A stretch of DNA of 64,000 bases from Terriglobia bacterium (GCA_963666975.2 CAXVYR010000004.1:1376001-1440000); one strand, 5' to 3'. Shown: positions 22,121 through 32,852, numbered from the stretch's first letter. A program made the numbers and translations. Notes: generated by a model not told the origin, from the sequence alone.

Positions 22121-22858
22121 TCAAAAAGGATCGTCATGCCTGGGGACGGCCCTGTCCGCAAGAAAAATACCCTTACGGGACAAAAGGGAAGGAATCTCCT
22201 GAATGGACTCCGCGTGCAGGAGCCGCGAGTGCGGCTCGACTTCCTGGTGTTCCAGCTCCCATGTGTTCGGGTGGGGAATGAAGATGGCCCAAAGCCCCGC
22301 TGCGAGAGCCGGCAGAACATCGGAGCGCGGGCTGTTGCCGACCATGCAGGTGGCGTCTTCGTGGAGCGAGTGGCGGAGCATCAATTCCCGGTAGGCTCCG
22401 GCATTTTTTTCTTCGACGACTGCCACAAGGTCAAAGCAGCTCTGCAAGCCGGAGCGGTTCAGTTTGCCTGATTGTTCCTCTGCGTCTCCCTTGGTGAACA
22501 GCATCAGCCGGTGGCAGCGCCGCAAAAGTTGCAGCGTGGGGAGAACGCCGGGCAGCAGGTCGATAGGATGATGCAGCAGCCGGTTCCCGATCCGCCGGAT
22601 GGCATCGAGATAAGCCACGCCGTCTTTCCCTTCATAGATCTGCCGGAAGGTTTCCTCCAGAGCGCCGATAAAATTCATGCTGCCGTAGCCTCGCCGGGGA
22701 ATGCTTTCTCTCTCAATTTCGTCGAGCAAGTTTCGGACCCGCAGGCGGTCCCGGGTGACGGGCTGCAGAAGAATTAGAAATTCCTCCAGGGCTTTCTCAA
22801 AGTAGATATTGTTTTCCCATAAGGTGTCATCCGCGTCGAAGAGCAGCCAGTTTTCCAT
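22121..22858 (-). CDS. HAD-family hydrolase
   Basis: FDADDTLW, TKGD, MVGNSPRSDV. Confidence 0.92.
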   Translation of the reverse strand: MENWLLFDADDTLWENNIYFEKALEEFLILLQPVTRDRLRVRNLLDEIERESIPRRGYGSMNFIGALEETFRQIYEGKDGVAYLDAIRRIGNRLLHHPIDLLPGVLPTLQLLRRCHRLMLFTKGDAEEQSGKLNRSGLQSCFDLVAVVEEKNAGAYRELMLRHSLHEDATCMVGNSPRSDVLPALAAGLWAIFIPHPNTWELEHQEVEPHSRLLHAESIQEIPSLLSRKGIFLADRAVPRHDDPF

Positions 22859-23022
22859 TCCGTGCGCCTTCTCTCTGCCGAATGGCTAAAACGAATTCAG
22901 AGCATTTGTCGATTCGTGCTAGATTCTATCAGCCTGTATCTTCTGTTCGGAACAAATGCTTTGGCGGAATTTTTAGCGGCATCCAGGACAATAGCTAGAC
23001 CGTTTTTACGAATTATGTATCC

Positions 23023-23189
23023 CGTCAGGGCACGGCTTCAGCCGTGCCGAAACGCTCTCCAGCCAAGTGCGCTTTAGCGCCTGAGGTGAGTCTTGAACTC
23101 TGCGTGTTTCAGCGATTTAATCCCGACCTCAGCGGCTGAAGCCGCTGGCGTGATCCGGATGGCGGCACGGTTAAAACCGTGCCCTGACG
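23023..23189. repeat. Palindromic REP/MITE-like element
   Basis: Perfect 13-bp terminal inverted repeat CGTCAGGGCACGG / CCGTGCCCTGACG, with internal hairpins GGCACGGCTTCAGCCGTGCC and CAGCGGCTGAAGCCGCTG. Confidence 0.85.
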
Positions 23190-23247
23190 AGAGCGCAATG
23201 ATGGATATACGAGCTGCAAAACAGGTCTAGGGTTACTCCGGGAGAGC

Positions 23248-24543
23248 ATGTTTTCATCTAAAAAAGCAAGCCGGCGGGAGCTTACGGGTTGGTGCATGTT
23301 TGATTTCGCCAACTCCGCGTTTGCCACCGTCATCGTCACGGTTGTCTACAGCGTCTACTTTGTGAATGTTGTGGCTGCGGGGAGGCCCGACGCGCCGTTC
23401 CTGTGGTCGATCGGCACTTTTATTTCCTACGGTTTTGTCTTCCTCGTCTCTCCGCTGCTCGGATCGATAGCGGACTACTCGGCAGGCAAGAAGCAGGTTC
23501 TATTTGCCTCCTACCTGGCCTGCGTGATCTTCACGGCGTTGCTGTTTTTTGTGGGACAGGGCGACATCCTGGCCGGGCTGGCCTTATTTATCCTGGCGAA
23601 TATCGCCTTTGCCATCGGCGAAAACTTCATCGCCAGTTTTCTGCCGGAGATCGCCGAGCCGGAGGAGATGGGGCGCATCTCCGGTTATGGCTGGGCCATC
23701 GGGTATTTCGGAGGGTTGTTCAGCCTGGTGCTTTGCTACCCGTTCATCAGCACGGGCCTCGACGCGGCGCACGCGGAGCGCATCCGGTGGGTTTACCCCA
23801 TCATTGCGGGCTTCTTTGCGCTGGCCGGAATTCCCACGTTCCTTTGGCTGCGCTCCTGCCAGAAGGCGCAATCGCTTTCGCCCGGCGACACCTACATCGG
23901 AATCGGGTTCCGGCGCATCCTCTCCACCTTGCGCCTGCTCAAACGGCACTCCGAGCTGGCCAAGTTCATGGTCGTTTTCCTGATCTTCAACTGCGGCACG
24001 GCTGCCGGCGTCGTATTCGCTGCGATTTACGCGCAACAAGAAGGAGGTCTCAGCTCCGCGCAACTGATGGGTTTCTTCATTGAGGCCCAACTCTCGGCGG
24101 CTGTGGGCGCTTTTTTGTTCGGCCACTTTCAGGACCGCTGGGGCACCCGCTGGACCCTGCAAGCGATCCTGCTGCTCTGGGTGTTGACGATTCTGGGGCT
24201 GTATTGGCTCCCGGGTTCGGGATGGTTTATTCTGCTCGGCAACCTGGTGGGGCTGGGGATGGGATCGATCCAGGCCGCCAGCCGCGCTCTGGTGGGGATG
24301 CTGTCTCCTTTGGAAAAGAGCGCCGAATTTTTCGGCTTTTGGGGACTTTTCTGGAAACTCTCCAACGCCCTCGGGCCGCTCAGTTTCGGCTGGATCGCTT
24401 ACCGTTCCGAGTCCCTCCGGTCGGCGCTTCTGGGAGTTCTCGTCTTTTTTGTCGCCGGGTTCCTGGGAATGTTCCTGGTGGACGAAAAACGAGGCCGCGA
24501 ACAGGCGCTGCTGGATCAGCCGGAAGACTCGCGCCTCGGTTGA
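23248..24543 (+). CDS. MFS transporter (UMF1/Atg22-like)
   Basis: WCMFDFANSAF, SFLPEIA, GRISGYGWAIGY, EFFGFWG. Confidence 0.9.
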   Translation: MFSSKKASRRELTGWCMFDFANSAFATVIVTVVYSVYFVNVVAAGRPDAPFLWSIGTFISYGFVFLVSPLLGSIADYSAGKKQVLFASYLACVIFTALLFFVGQGDILAGLALFILANIAFAIGENFIASFLPEIAEPEEMGRISGYGWAIGYFGGLFSLVLCYPFISTGLDAAHAERIRWVYPIIAGFFALAGIPTFLWLRSCQKAQSLSPGDTYIGIGFRRILSTLRLLKRHSELAKFMVVFLIFNCGTAAGVVFAAIYAQQEGGLSSAQLMGFFIEAQLSAAVGAFLFGHFQDRWGTRWTLQAILLLWVLTILGLYWLPGSGWFILLGNLVGLGMGSIQAASRALVGMLSPLEKSAEFFGFWGLFWKLSNALGPLSFGWIAYRSESLRSALLGVLVFFVAGFLGMFLVDEKRGREQALLDQPEDSRLG

Positions 24544-24971
24544 TTTACCTGCCTCGCTACTCGGTCACCCCATCCCGGCCCAATCAACCAGCCACTTGCT
24601 CCTAGGTCAAAAGTCCCATCGAGAAAGTTACCTTTGCGCTATTGGCGCGAAAGCGCGCATGCCTTATTGTGTGAAGTGTTCACGGGGTAAGACGGAACTG
24701 AGGAACGCCGGGGGGACGAACTTCAGTTTAGGCTTACCGGGGCTGGCGGCGGCGCCAGCCCTTTTTATTTTCACAGGTCGAAGAAATCATTGAGATGGTA
24801 GACCGGGCCACGACAAGGCCGGGACCGCGTGGACTGTACAAAAAGAAGAGTTTAGCTTGACGTGCCAATCCTGGAACTGTAATCGAACAGCAAATTGCGC
24901 TAAAATGATTGACAGGGGAAGCTTGGTAGCATATCGTTGCCGAACCAAAGCATTGCGGAGAGAGGTCAATT

Positions 24972-25181
24972 ATGGCAGATCGTAAACAATTTCTTGGCGT
25001 TGAAGCTCCAAATCCAAAACTGTTGGATATTTTGGCAGCTGCCAAGAACAAACCGGTCACAGAAGATGAATTGCGCGAGCAAAGAATCAGTTTCGCTTTT
25101 GGCAATGCCCCCGCAAACGCCAAGTTGATTACCAAAGATAGCGTGCGGTACGCATCAAAAAATATTCGTCTGCTTAAGTAA
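24972..25181 (+). CDS. Small protein upstream of Fic gene, possible antitoxin
   Basis: 69 aa, RBS GAGAGG, EQRISFAFGN motif; shares an AT-rich segment with fic. Confidence 0.65.
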   Translation: MADRKQFLGVEAPNPKLLDILAAAKNKPVTEDELREQRISFAFGNAPANAKLITKDSVRYASKNIRLLK

Positions 25182-25216
25182 TTCTAGCCTGCTGAAGTTT
25201 CGGCCTTCCACATTCC

Positions 25217-25810
25217 ATGTCTGTAAGAGAAAAAGATGATTCAGTCTTCTTTGCAAGGATTCAAGAGCAAAATCTTTTGCGCCAATACGACCTGCTGTCG
25301 AATTGCGTAGAAATTGGATTGAAGAAGGGGATTGAAGCTTTCGATAAGTACACATTGTGGTCCTTGAACTATGCAGCCGTATCTAACATCGCACAGTTTG
25401 GTGGACGCTACCGCGAAGAACCCATCTACATAGGAGATCATTACCCTCCGCACTTCAAAGAAGTTCCCAACGAAATGGATCGTTTCTTTTCAATGATCCA
25501 TGAGAACTGGGAGATTCACGACCATCCAACTCTTCTTCCGGCTTATGCGCTATGGAGGCTAAATTGGATTCATCCGTTTATTGAAGGCAACGGAAGGACA
25601 GCTAGGGCTGCGTGCTATTTGCTAATTTGCTTGAAACAAGGCAAGCTGCTGGGCGGAGAGAAAATCGTACCAGAACGCATCCGAGATAATAGAGATCCAT
25701 ACATTGCAGCCCTTAAATCGGCAGATAGGGCTTGGAACGAGGGTCACTTTAATGTCAACGAAATGGCGCAATATTTAGGAGACCTGCTCATCGGACAGCT
25801 ATCAGAGTAG
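25217..25810 (+). CDS. Fic-domain protein
   Basis: Canonical HPFIEGNGRTAR motif. Confidence 0.93.
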   Translation: MSVREKDDSVFFARIQEQNLLRQYDLLSNCVEIGLKKGIEAFDKYTLWSLNYAAVSNIAQFGGRYREEPIYIGDHYPPHFKEVPNEMDRFFSMIHENWEIHDHPTLLPAYALWRLNWIHPFIEGNGRTARAACYLLICLKQGKLLGGEKIVPERIRDNRDPYIAALKSADRAWNEGHFNVNEMAQYLGDLLIGQLSE

Positions 25811-25934
25811 AACCAACCCTTAAAATCCCCCCGCCGATTTCAAACTGAGACACTACCTGGATATAGCTCATCTTGACTGCCTCAGGGGCCTATGCTAATT
25901 TAGCTTTCCGATTTTCCCCGCCGGAGGTTCCTGG

Positions 25935-27053
25935 TTGGCGAATACCCCTGCGCAGAGCGCGGCGTCCCGCAAGACTGCCCTGAATTCGATGCATCGAAAG
26001 ATGGGCGCTCGCATGGTCGAGTTCGGGGGGTGGGACATGCCGCTCGAATATAGCGGGATCGTGCCGGAACACATGGCCGTGCGGACTCGCGCGGGCCTGT
26101 TCGACGTGAGCCACATGGGAGAAATCGAGGTGGAAGGAAAAGGGGCGCTCCCCCTGCTGCAGAAAATAACCTGCAATGACGCCTCCCGGTTGCAGGACAA
26201 TCAGGCGCAATATTCCGGGTTGATGAATTCGCAGGGCGGATTCGTGGACGATCTGCTGGTGCACAAGATCGCCGACCATCGCTATCTGCTCTGCGTCAAC
26301 GCCTCCCGCCGCGAAGCGGATTTCGGCTGGATCACAAAGCAAAACGATGCGGGAGCCCGCGTGCGAAATGTGAGCGATGACTACACCCAGTTGGCTGTCC
26401 AGGGTCCCCGCAGCAAGGATGTTCTGGAACGGCTGACGGCGGTGGACCTCGGCGCGCTGAAGTATTACTGGTTTACGCACGGCAAGGTTTGCGGAATCGA
26501 AAGCCTGGTGGCCCGCACCGGCTACACCGGCGAAGATGGTTTTGAAGTCTATCTGCCGCCGTCTGAGTCGGAGCGGGTTTGGAGCGAGATTTTGGAGGCC
26601 GGAAAAGAAGAAGGGATTCTCCCCTGCGGACTGGGCGCGCGGAACACGCTACGGCTGGAAGCAGGAATGCATCTGTACGGGCACGATATCGATGAGGAAA
26701 CGACGCCGCTCGAGGCGAATTTGAAGTGGATCTCAAAGCTGGAGAAGGGTCCCTTTCTGGGCAGCGAGGTTTTGGCGCGGCAGGCCCAGGAAGGCGTGAA
26801 AAGACGCTTGGTGGGCTTCCAGATGACCGACCGTGGCATCGCGCGCGATGAGGCTCCGGTGTGGGTAGAGGACCGGCAAGTGGGGAAGGTCACGAGCGGT
26901 TCCTACACTCCTTACCTGAAGCGAAGCATCGGATTGGCTTACCTGCCGAGCGAGTTCGCCAGCCCGGGGCAGCGGATACTGATTGAGATTCGCGGGAACC
27001 GGCCTGCCGCCGAGGTGGTGTCCACGCCGTTTTACCGCAAGCCGAAGAACTAA
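25935..27053 (+). CDS. gcvT: Glycine cleavage system aminomethyltransferase T
   Basis: FGGWDMP, FDVSHMG, RTGYTGEDGFE, GLGARNTLRLEAG. Confidence 0.97.
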   Translation: MANTPAQSAASRKTALNSMHRKMGARMVEFGGWDMPLEYSGIVPEHMAVRTRAGLFDVSHMGEIEVEGKGALPLLQKITCNDASRLQDNQAQYSGLMNSQGGFVDDLLVHKIADHRYLLCVNASRREADFGWITKQNDAGARVRNVSDDYTQLAVQGPRSKDVLERLTAVDLGALKYYWFTHGKVCGIESLVARTGYTGEDGFEVYLPPSESERVWSEILEAGKEEGILPCGLGARNTLRLEAGMHLYGHDIDEETTPLEANLKWISKLEKGPFLGSEVLARQAQEGVKRRLVGFQMTDRGIARDEAPVWVEDRQVGKVTSGSYTPYLKRSIGLAYLPSEFASPGQRILIEIRGNRPAAEVVSTPFYRKPKN

Positions 27054-27076
27054 AACCACCCTGGGGAGGGGCGCGA

Positions 27077-27466
27077 ATGTATCCTGCACAATTTCGTTAT
27101 TCCGAGGAACACGAATGGGTCCAGGCAGAGGATAACTCGGCCACGGTCGGCATCACCGATCATGCGCAGAAAGAACTCGGCGACGTCGTTTTTGTGGAGC
27201 TGCCCAAAGTGGGCGACAAGGTGGAGGCCGGCCAGGCCTGCGGCACGGTGGAATCGGTCAAGGCGGTTTCGGAAATCTATTCGCCTGTCTCCGGTGAAGT
27301 GAAGGAAGTCAACACCGCTTTGGCTGAAACTCCCGAGTGGATCAATCAGGACCCGCACGGCAAGGCTTGGATGATGAAGGTCTCCCTCAGCGCCCCCGCC
27401 CCGCTGGACCGGTTGATGACCGCCGAGCAATACGAAGAATATCTCCGGAAAGAGTCGGCAGAGTAA
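27077..27466 (+). CDS. gcvH: Glycine cleavage system H protein
   Basis: HEW, GITDHAQ, ESVKAVS lipoyl-Lys. Confidence 0.97.
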   Translation: MYPAQFRYSEEHEWVQAEDNSATVGITDHAQKELGDVVFVELPKVGDKVEAGQACGTVESVKAVSEIYSPVSGEVKEVNTALAETPEWINQDPHGKAWMMKVSLSAPAPLDRLMTAEQYEEYLRKESAE

Positions 27467-27516
27467 AGCCGCTCGAGCGGAGAAAAACAACACAGTGCGG
27501 AGAGAACTCCACCCCG

Positions 27517-28842
27517 ATGCGTTATCTTCCCAAGTCGCCCGAGGAGCGGCGGCAGATGCTCGCCGAGATCGGCTGCAACGCCGTCGAACAACTGTTCGCC
27601 GGCATCCCTTCCGAGGTGCGCCTCGGGCGCGGGCTGAAACTGGAACCGGGACAGTCCGAGCCGGAAATTATTCGATGCTTTGAGCAGTGGGCTGCGGAGA
27701 ATGCCCGCGGCTTCACCAGCTTCCTGGGGGCCGGAGTCTACGATCACTTCCAGCCCGTCATAGTGGATGCGCTCGTCTCCCGCAGTGAATTTTCCACCGC
27801 CTACACCCCCTACCAACCGGAGATCAGCCAGGGAACGTTGCAGGCGATCTTCGAGTATCAAAGCCTCATTTGCCAGTTGACCGGGATGGATGTGGCCAAC
27901 GCATCCCTCTACGACGGGTCCACCGCCCTGCCAGAAGCGGTGATGATGACGCTGCGGGCAAGCCGCCGAAAGCGGGTTTTGGTGGGGCGTTCGGTGCACC
28001 CGGAGTACAGGCAGGTGCTGAGCACATACTTGCAGCATCAAGGCCTGGGAATTGAGGAAGTTCCTTTTGCCGAGAGCGGAGAGTTGGACCGAGCCGCGCT
28101 GCCCGACCGCCTCGGAACCGACGTGGCTGCTGTAGTGGTGCAGTCTCCGAACTTTTTTGGAACGGTGGAGGATACCGCCTGGGCGGCGGCTCAAGCGCAG
28201 GCGGCGGGAGCGGCCTTGATTGTGATGATCGCCGAGCCGGTCTCGCTCGGCATCCTGCGTCCCCCGGCAGAGGCCGACATCGTCGCAGGAGAAGCGCAGT
28301 CTTTCGGAGTTCCCCTCAGCTACGGCGGTCCCTACGTCGGCTTTCTGGCCGCCCGGGAAAAATATCTCCGCAACATGCCGGGGCGGCTCGTCGGCCAAAC
28401 CACCGACGTGAGGGGAGAAAGAGGCTTCTGCCTGACCTTGGCGACGCGGGAGCAGCATATCCGCCGCGAGAAAGCGACCTCCAACATCTGCACGAATCAG
28501 GCTCTTTGCGCTCTGATGGCATCGATTTTCCTCTCTTCATACGGCAAGCAGGGGTTGCGCCAACTGGCTTTGCAGAACCTCTCCAAGGCGCACTATGCCG
28601 GAGAACGGTTCCAGGCGGCGGGCGCTTCTCTGCGTTTCCGCGGCCCCTATTTCAATGAACTGGTGGTAAGCGGCATCGGGAAGCGGCAGGGGGTAACAGA
28701 GCGGCTTCTGGAGGAGAAAATCATCGGGGGCCTCGATCTGGGGCGTTTCTACCCGGAGCTGGCAGGGGATGTGCTTTTTTGTTTTACGGAGAAGGCGAGC
28801 CGCGAAGCGATCGACAAACTGGTGGGCGTCAGCACGAAATAA
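27517..28842 (+). CDS. gcvPA: Glycine dehydrogenase subunit 1
   Basis: TAYTPYQPEISQG, NASLYDG, TREQHIRREKATSNICTN. Confidence 0.97.
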   Translation: MRYLPKSPEERRQMLAEIGCNAVEQLFAGIPSEVRLGRGLKLEPGQSEPEIIRCFEQWAAENARGFTSFLGAGVYDHFQPVIVDALVSRSEFSTAYTPYQPEISQGTLQAIFEYQSLICQLTGMDVANASLYDGSTALPEAVMMTLRASRRKRVLVGRSVHPEYRQVLSTYLQHQGLGIEEVPFAESGELDRAALPDRLGTDVAAVVVQSPNFFGTVEDTAWAAAQAQAAGAALIVMIAEPVSLGILRPPAEADIVAGEAQSFGVPLSYGGPYVGFLAAREKYLRNMPGRLVGQTTDVRGERGFCLTLATREQHIRREKATSNICTNQALCALMASIFLSSYGKQGLRQLALQNLSKAHYAGERFQAAGASLRFRGPYFNELVVSGIGKRQGVTERLLEEKIIGGLDLGRFYPELAGDVLFCFTEKASREAIDKLVGVSTK

Positions 28843-28908
28843 GCGCACGAAATAAGATGGAGACGGTCCGGCACGGAAGGCGGCTGCGGACGGAAAACGG
28901 AACCAATC

Positions 28909-30411
28909 ATGGCGGATAAAGATATAAAGAAAGCCAGAAGGCACCTCACGCAGAGGGAAGCTCTGATTTTTGAGCGCAGCTCGCCGGGCAAACCGTCCTT
29001 CGCGCTCCCTCCGCTTGATGTCCCGCCGGTTGATCCTGCCGCGGCCTTGGGCGCGCAACGGATTCGGGAGCAGATTGAAGGCTTTCCCGAGGTCAGCGAG
29101 ATCGAGGTAGTCCGCCATTTTACCCGGCTCTCCACGTGGAACTACGGCGTGGACACGGGAGCCTACCTGCTCGGTTCCTGCACCATGAAGTACAACCCGA
29201 AGGTCAACGAGGTGGTGGCCCGGCTGGACGGCATCGGCAACGCCCACCCCTACCAGCCCGAGGCGCTATCCCAGAGTTGCTTGAAGATTCAGAAGCTCCT
29301 TTCGGAAATGCTGCTGGAGATCGTCGGCATGGATGCAATTACCCTGCAACCAGCGGCCGGAGCGCACGGCGAGATGACGGGCCTGCTGCTGGTGCGCGCC
29401 TACCATGAGTCGAAGGGAAATCCCCGCCGGAAGGTTTTGATTCCGGATTCGGCGCACGGCACCAACCCGGCCTCGGCGGCGATTGCCGGCTATCAGGCGC
29501 AGAGCCTCGCGTCCAATCGGCAAGGCACGGTGGATCTCGAACAACTCGACCGCCTGATGAACGAAGAGGTGGCCGCGCTGATGCTGACCAATCCTAATAC
29601 GCTGGGCATCTTTGAAAATGAAATTGTCCAGATTGCCGAGATCGTCCACTCGCGCGGCGGGCTGATCTATATGGACGGGGCCAACATGAACGCCTTGATG
29701 GGAATCAGCCGCCCCGGCGATTTCGGCGTCGATGTGCTGCACCTCAACCTGCACAAAACCTTTTCCACCCCCCACGGAGGCGGCGGGCCCGGAGCAGGTC
29801 CGGTGGCGGTGAAGAAAATTTTGGAGCCCTTTCTGCCGGTCCCGGTGGTGGTGGAGAAGAAAGACGGCTCGCTGGCCTACAACTTCGACCGTCCGCGCTC
29901 CATTGGCCGTGTCCGCGCCTTTTACGGCAACTTCGGGATGCTGGTCCGGGCACTGGCTTACATTCTGGCCAACGGGGCTGAAGGGCTGCGGTTAACCACC
30001 GAGGACGCCGTGCTGAACTCTGTCTACCTGCGAAAAAAGCTGGAGGGAACTTATGAGCTGCCCTACTCCAGCCCTACTTTGCATGAATGCGTCTTTAGCG
30101 ATAAGAAGCAGGCGCAACGGGGAGTGCACACGGGCGACATCGCCAAGCGACTGATCGACTACGGCTTCCATCCCTACACGGTCAGCTTCCCGCTGGTGGT
30201 CTCCGGGGCGATGATGATTGAGCCTACTGAGAGCGAGAGCAAGCAGGAACTGGACGAGTTGGTGGATGCGCTCCAGGCCATCGCACGGGAAGCCGAGCAG
30301 GAACCGGAAACCGTCCTCGGCGCGCCTCATACCACGCACCTCGGCCGCCTCGATGAAGTCCAGGCGGCACGGAAGCCCGTGCTGCGCTGGAAACCGCCGG
30401 TGAAGGAATAG
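28909..30411 (+). CDS. gcvPB: Glycine dehydrogenase subunit 2
   Basis: LGSCTMKYNP, HLNLHKTFSTPHGGGGPG, IEPTESE. Confidence 0.97.
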   Translation: MADKDIKKARRHLTQREALIFERSSPGKPSFALPPLDVPPVDPAAALGAQRIREQIEGFPEVSEIEVVRHFTRLSTWNYGVDTGAYLLGSCTMKYNPKVNEVVARLDGIGNAHPYQPEALSQSCLKIQKLLSEMLLEIVGMDAITLQPAAGAHGEMTGLLLVRAYHESKGNPRRKVLIPDSAHGTNPASAAIAGYQAQSLASNRQGTVDLEQLDRLMNEEVAALMLTNPNTLGIFENEIVQIAEIVHSRGGLIYMDGANMNALMGISRPGDFGVDVLHLNLHKTFSTPHGGGGPGAGPVAVKKILEPFLPVPVVVEKKDGSLAYNFDRPRSIGRVRAFYGNFGMLVRALAYILANGAEGLRLTTEDAVLNSVYLRKKLEGTYELPYSSPTLHECVFSDKKQAQRGVHTGDIAKRLIDYGFHPYTVSFPLVVSGAMMIEPTESESKQELDELVDALQAIAREAEQEPETVLGAPHTTHLGRLDEVQAARKPVLRWKPPVKE

Positions 30412-30413
30412 CT

Positions 30414-30474
30414 CCGGATTTCTCACCAGCCCCGGCAGGGGCGGAAGAAATTAGCCCCGGACGTGAGCCCAGGG
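30414..30474. repeat. REP/MITE-like repeat (CCGGATTTCTCAC family), left copy
   Basis: CCGGATTTCTCAC recurs at 32931 (direct) and 33043-33056 (inverted); followed by GCCCC..GGGGC hairpins. Confidence 0.65.
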
Positions 30475-30617
30475 TACAGAGGCCAATGATGTTAGCCTAA
30501 GTTTGTCACGGCAGGGCGTTTTCTTGGCATTTTTCCCCGGCTGCGAAGCGGAAGCGGGAAACCCCAGGCGGTTTTCAGCCATGCAAGCGTTTTGCCAACT
30601 GGGACCTGCGAAATCCG

Positions 30618-32852
30618 TCAGCGAAAGTAACTTGAAATCCTGCGCAGCAAGAAATATTCATTGATGGGCCGATCATCCTGCATAGCCGGTACGTGGGGAG
30701 CCACGGCAGCCACGCTCTGTAGCGGCTGCTCCTTTTGCAGGACCTCCCTGAACATTGCTTCCGCGTTTTGATGGGGTCCCCATTCGACAAGGTCCGCGAC
30801 AGCCGTTGGGGGCAAGCGGTTTGCCAGCTCGCGTGCATCCCTCGAAGGAAGCGGCTCATCGCTTGCCAGAAAGTGCAATCCTATGCCATGAAGGGATTGA
30901 ATAACCCGAATGTGCGAGAAGGACTCCATCAGAGCCTTGGCAACCGCGGATTGGGTGCTCGGGTCCCATCCATCATCGCGAACGGCAAGCCAAACCTGAA
31001 GAATCCCTCCGGAGCGCAAACGCCTCTTCACAACCTCGTAAAATTCGCGAAAAAAAAGCAGGCTGGTGGTCGCAGTACTGATCGGCGGGGGAGGGTCCAG
31101 CGTGATCACATCGTAGGTTTCCGATGACCTTTCGAGGAAGCGGCGGCCATCGTCGATCCGGATGTTCGCCAAAGGCGATTTCATTAGCTCAGGTCCATCC
31201 GGATGGTAGTAGCCGAAGAGTTTCGGCACGCTGGGAACGAGTTCCACGGCAGTGCTTTGTATCCCCCACGAGAGGATCGAACGAAAGGTTGTGCCCATCC
31301 CGAAACAGATCACCAGACCACTCTGGGGTTGTCGGTCCAGGAAAGCCAGCGGCAGATGGGCCATGTACTTGGTTGCCGGGGTCAGGATCGTCATACCGGC
31401 TCCGTTGACCAGAAGGATTTTTTCGCTTCCGATCTGGGTCGCAATGACGGTGGCCATGTAGTCGCGGAGTTCTACACGGTCTGGAAAATATGTCTCGTAA
31501 CCCTTCGCGGTTGCCATCAAACCGATCGATAGCAGGATCACCACAAAATAAAGCGCCCTCCCCCCCCAAACGACTCGACCCACTGCGACATCCGGTGTTT
31601 TGCGAGCCACAGTCAGCAAACCGATCCCGAACAGGGGGATGGAGAGCGCCACCAAACCCCAATGATCGCCAAGCCACGGCAAAATCAAGAACCCGCCTAA
31701 CAGCGGGCCGATGATCGCGCCGATGATATTTACGGCATAGGCGCGCCCCGCTCGATTGGGGTCGCCCAGTGAGAAGTGGTCGACTAGAAGCGGCGTGAGA
31801 AACCCGAGTGCCCCGCTGATCGGCACGATTCCTGCCGCAGTTCGAAAAAGCGTCCAGGCCAAGCCTCTCGGAACGGGCAGAGAGGGATCGGCAAAGGCCA
31901 AGGGCAGCAGTGCCAGAAGGCCGAGAAAAAGCCATGCCCCTGCACTTTGCCGCGGATCATGGGAGCGAACCCAAAAACGGTAGAGGGATGAGCCGACACA
32001 GGTTGCGCCAAGATACAGAGCCAAGATTACGGCAAAAGAATATACGACATTTCCCAGGTAAACCGTGTACTGACGAATCCAAACAATTTCCATCGCCATG
32101 GTGCAAAGGCCGGTGAGGAACAGGAGCCACAATGTGTTTCCCTCAGAGAAGTCATAGAGCTTCCTGGGGGCCCTCGCTTCGGCAATCGGAGTTGCCGCTT
32201 CTGCCCCGGCGGATGAAAACCGCCCCCAACTGAGAGCAAAAACTGTAGCTGCCAGAACGCCATTCAGGGAACTGGCAACCCGCAGAGTTCCCTGAAATCC
32301 CAACAGCTCAATCAGAAAAAAGGCTGGAATGACGGTGCCCAGAATGGCTCCCAGAACGTTCGCGAGATAGAGATAGCTGAACGATTGTTGGGATTTCCCG
32401 TTACCGGATTTCCGAATTGCGGCCATGGCGAGCGGGAAAGTTGCGCCCATGCAGATGCACCAGGGAAGCAGCGAAAGAGCGACACAACCGCCTGACATGA
32501 AATAATAGAACGAAGAGTCCCAGGCCATCTCACTCCCACCACCCTGCAGGAACTCGTAACCGAGGTGAAGCAGACGCGGAACCAGCAGGCCGGACACACC
32601 GATGAACACCTCAATCAGGCCATAAAGACGCAGAGGAGTTTTTGCCCCACGGTGTTCGAGCCGTCTGGCAAGCGCTCCGCCGCCCCAGGAACCCAGTGCC
32701 AAGCCGGCCATGAAGACGGAGAGCACGATCGAAACCATCGGCGTGGTCACGCCGAATTTCGCCATAGCGAGCCGGAGCCAGACGATCTCGTACACCAGGC
32801 CGCAAAAACCCGACACCAGAAAGAACCCGAAGTACCAGAATACTTTCACCAC
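30618..32852 (-). CDS. Fused membrane domain / spermidine synthase-like methyltransferase
   Basis: SGFCGLVYEIVW, FMAGLALGS, MGATFP; C-terminal ICFGMGTT, VELVP, DDGRRFL, DVITLDPPP. Confidence 0.9.
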   Translation of the reverse strand: MVKVFWYFGFFLVSGFCGLVYEIVWLRLAMAKFGVTTPMVSIVLSVFMAGLALGSWGGGALARRLEHRGAKTPLRLYGLIEVFIGVSGLLVPRLLHLGYEFLQGGGSEMAWDSSFYYFMSGGCVALSLLPWCICMGATFPLAMAAIRKSGNGKSQQSFSYLYLANVLGAILGTVIPAFFLIELLGFQGTLRVASSLNGVLAATVFALSWGRFSSAGAEAATPIAEARAPRKLYDFSEGNTLWLLFLTGLCTMAMEIVWIRQYTVYLGNVVYSFAVILALYLGATCVGSSLYRFWVRSHDPRQSAGAWLFLGLLALLPLAFADPSLPVPRGLAWTLFRTAAGIVPISGALGFLTPLLVDHFSLGDPNRAGRAYAVNIIGAIIGPLLGGFLILPWLGDHWGLVALSIPLFGIGLLTVARKTPDVAVGRVVWGGRALYFVVILLSIGLMATAKGYETYFPDRVELRDYMATVIATQIGSEKILLVNGAGMTILTPATKYMAHLPLAFLDRQPQSGLVICFGMGTTFRSILSWGIQSTAVELVPSVPKLFGYYHPDGPELMKSPLANIRIDDGRRFLERSSETYDVITLDPPPPISTATTSLLFFREFYEVVKRRLRSGGILQVWLAVRDDGWDPSTQSAVAKALMESFSHIRVIQSLHGIGLHFLASDEPLPSRDARELANRLPPTAVADLVEWGPHQNAEAMFREVLQKEQPLQSVAAVAPHVPAMQDDRPINEYFLLRRISSYFR

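Noticed and set aside
25811-25934. Glycine riboswitch upstream of gcvT
   Set aside because: The gap is short and lacks the conserved GGAGA/CCGAAG/CTCTCAGG aptamer motifs
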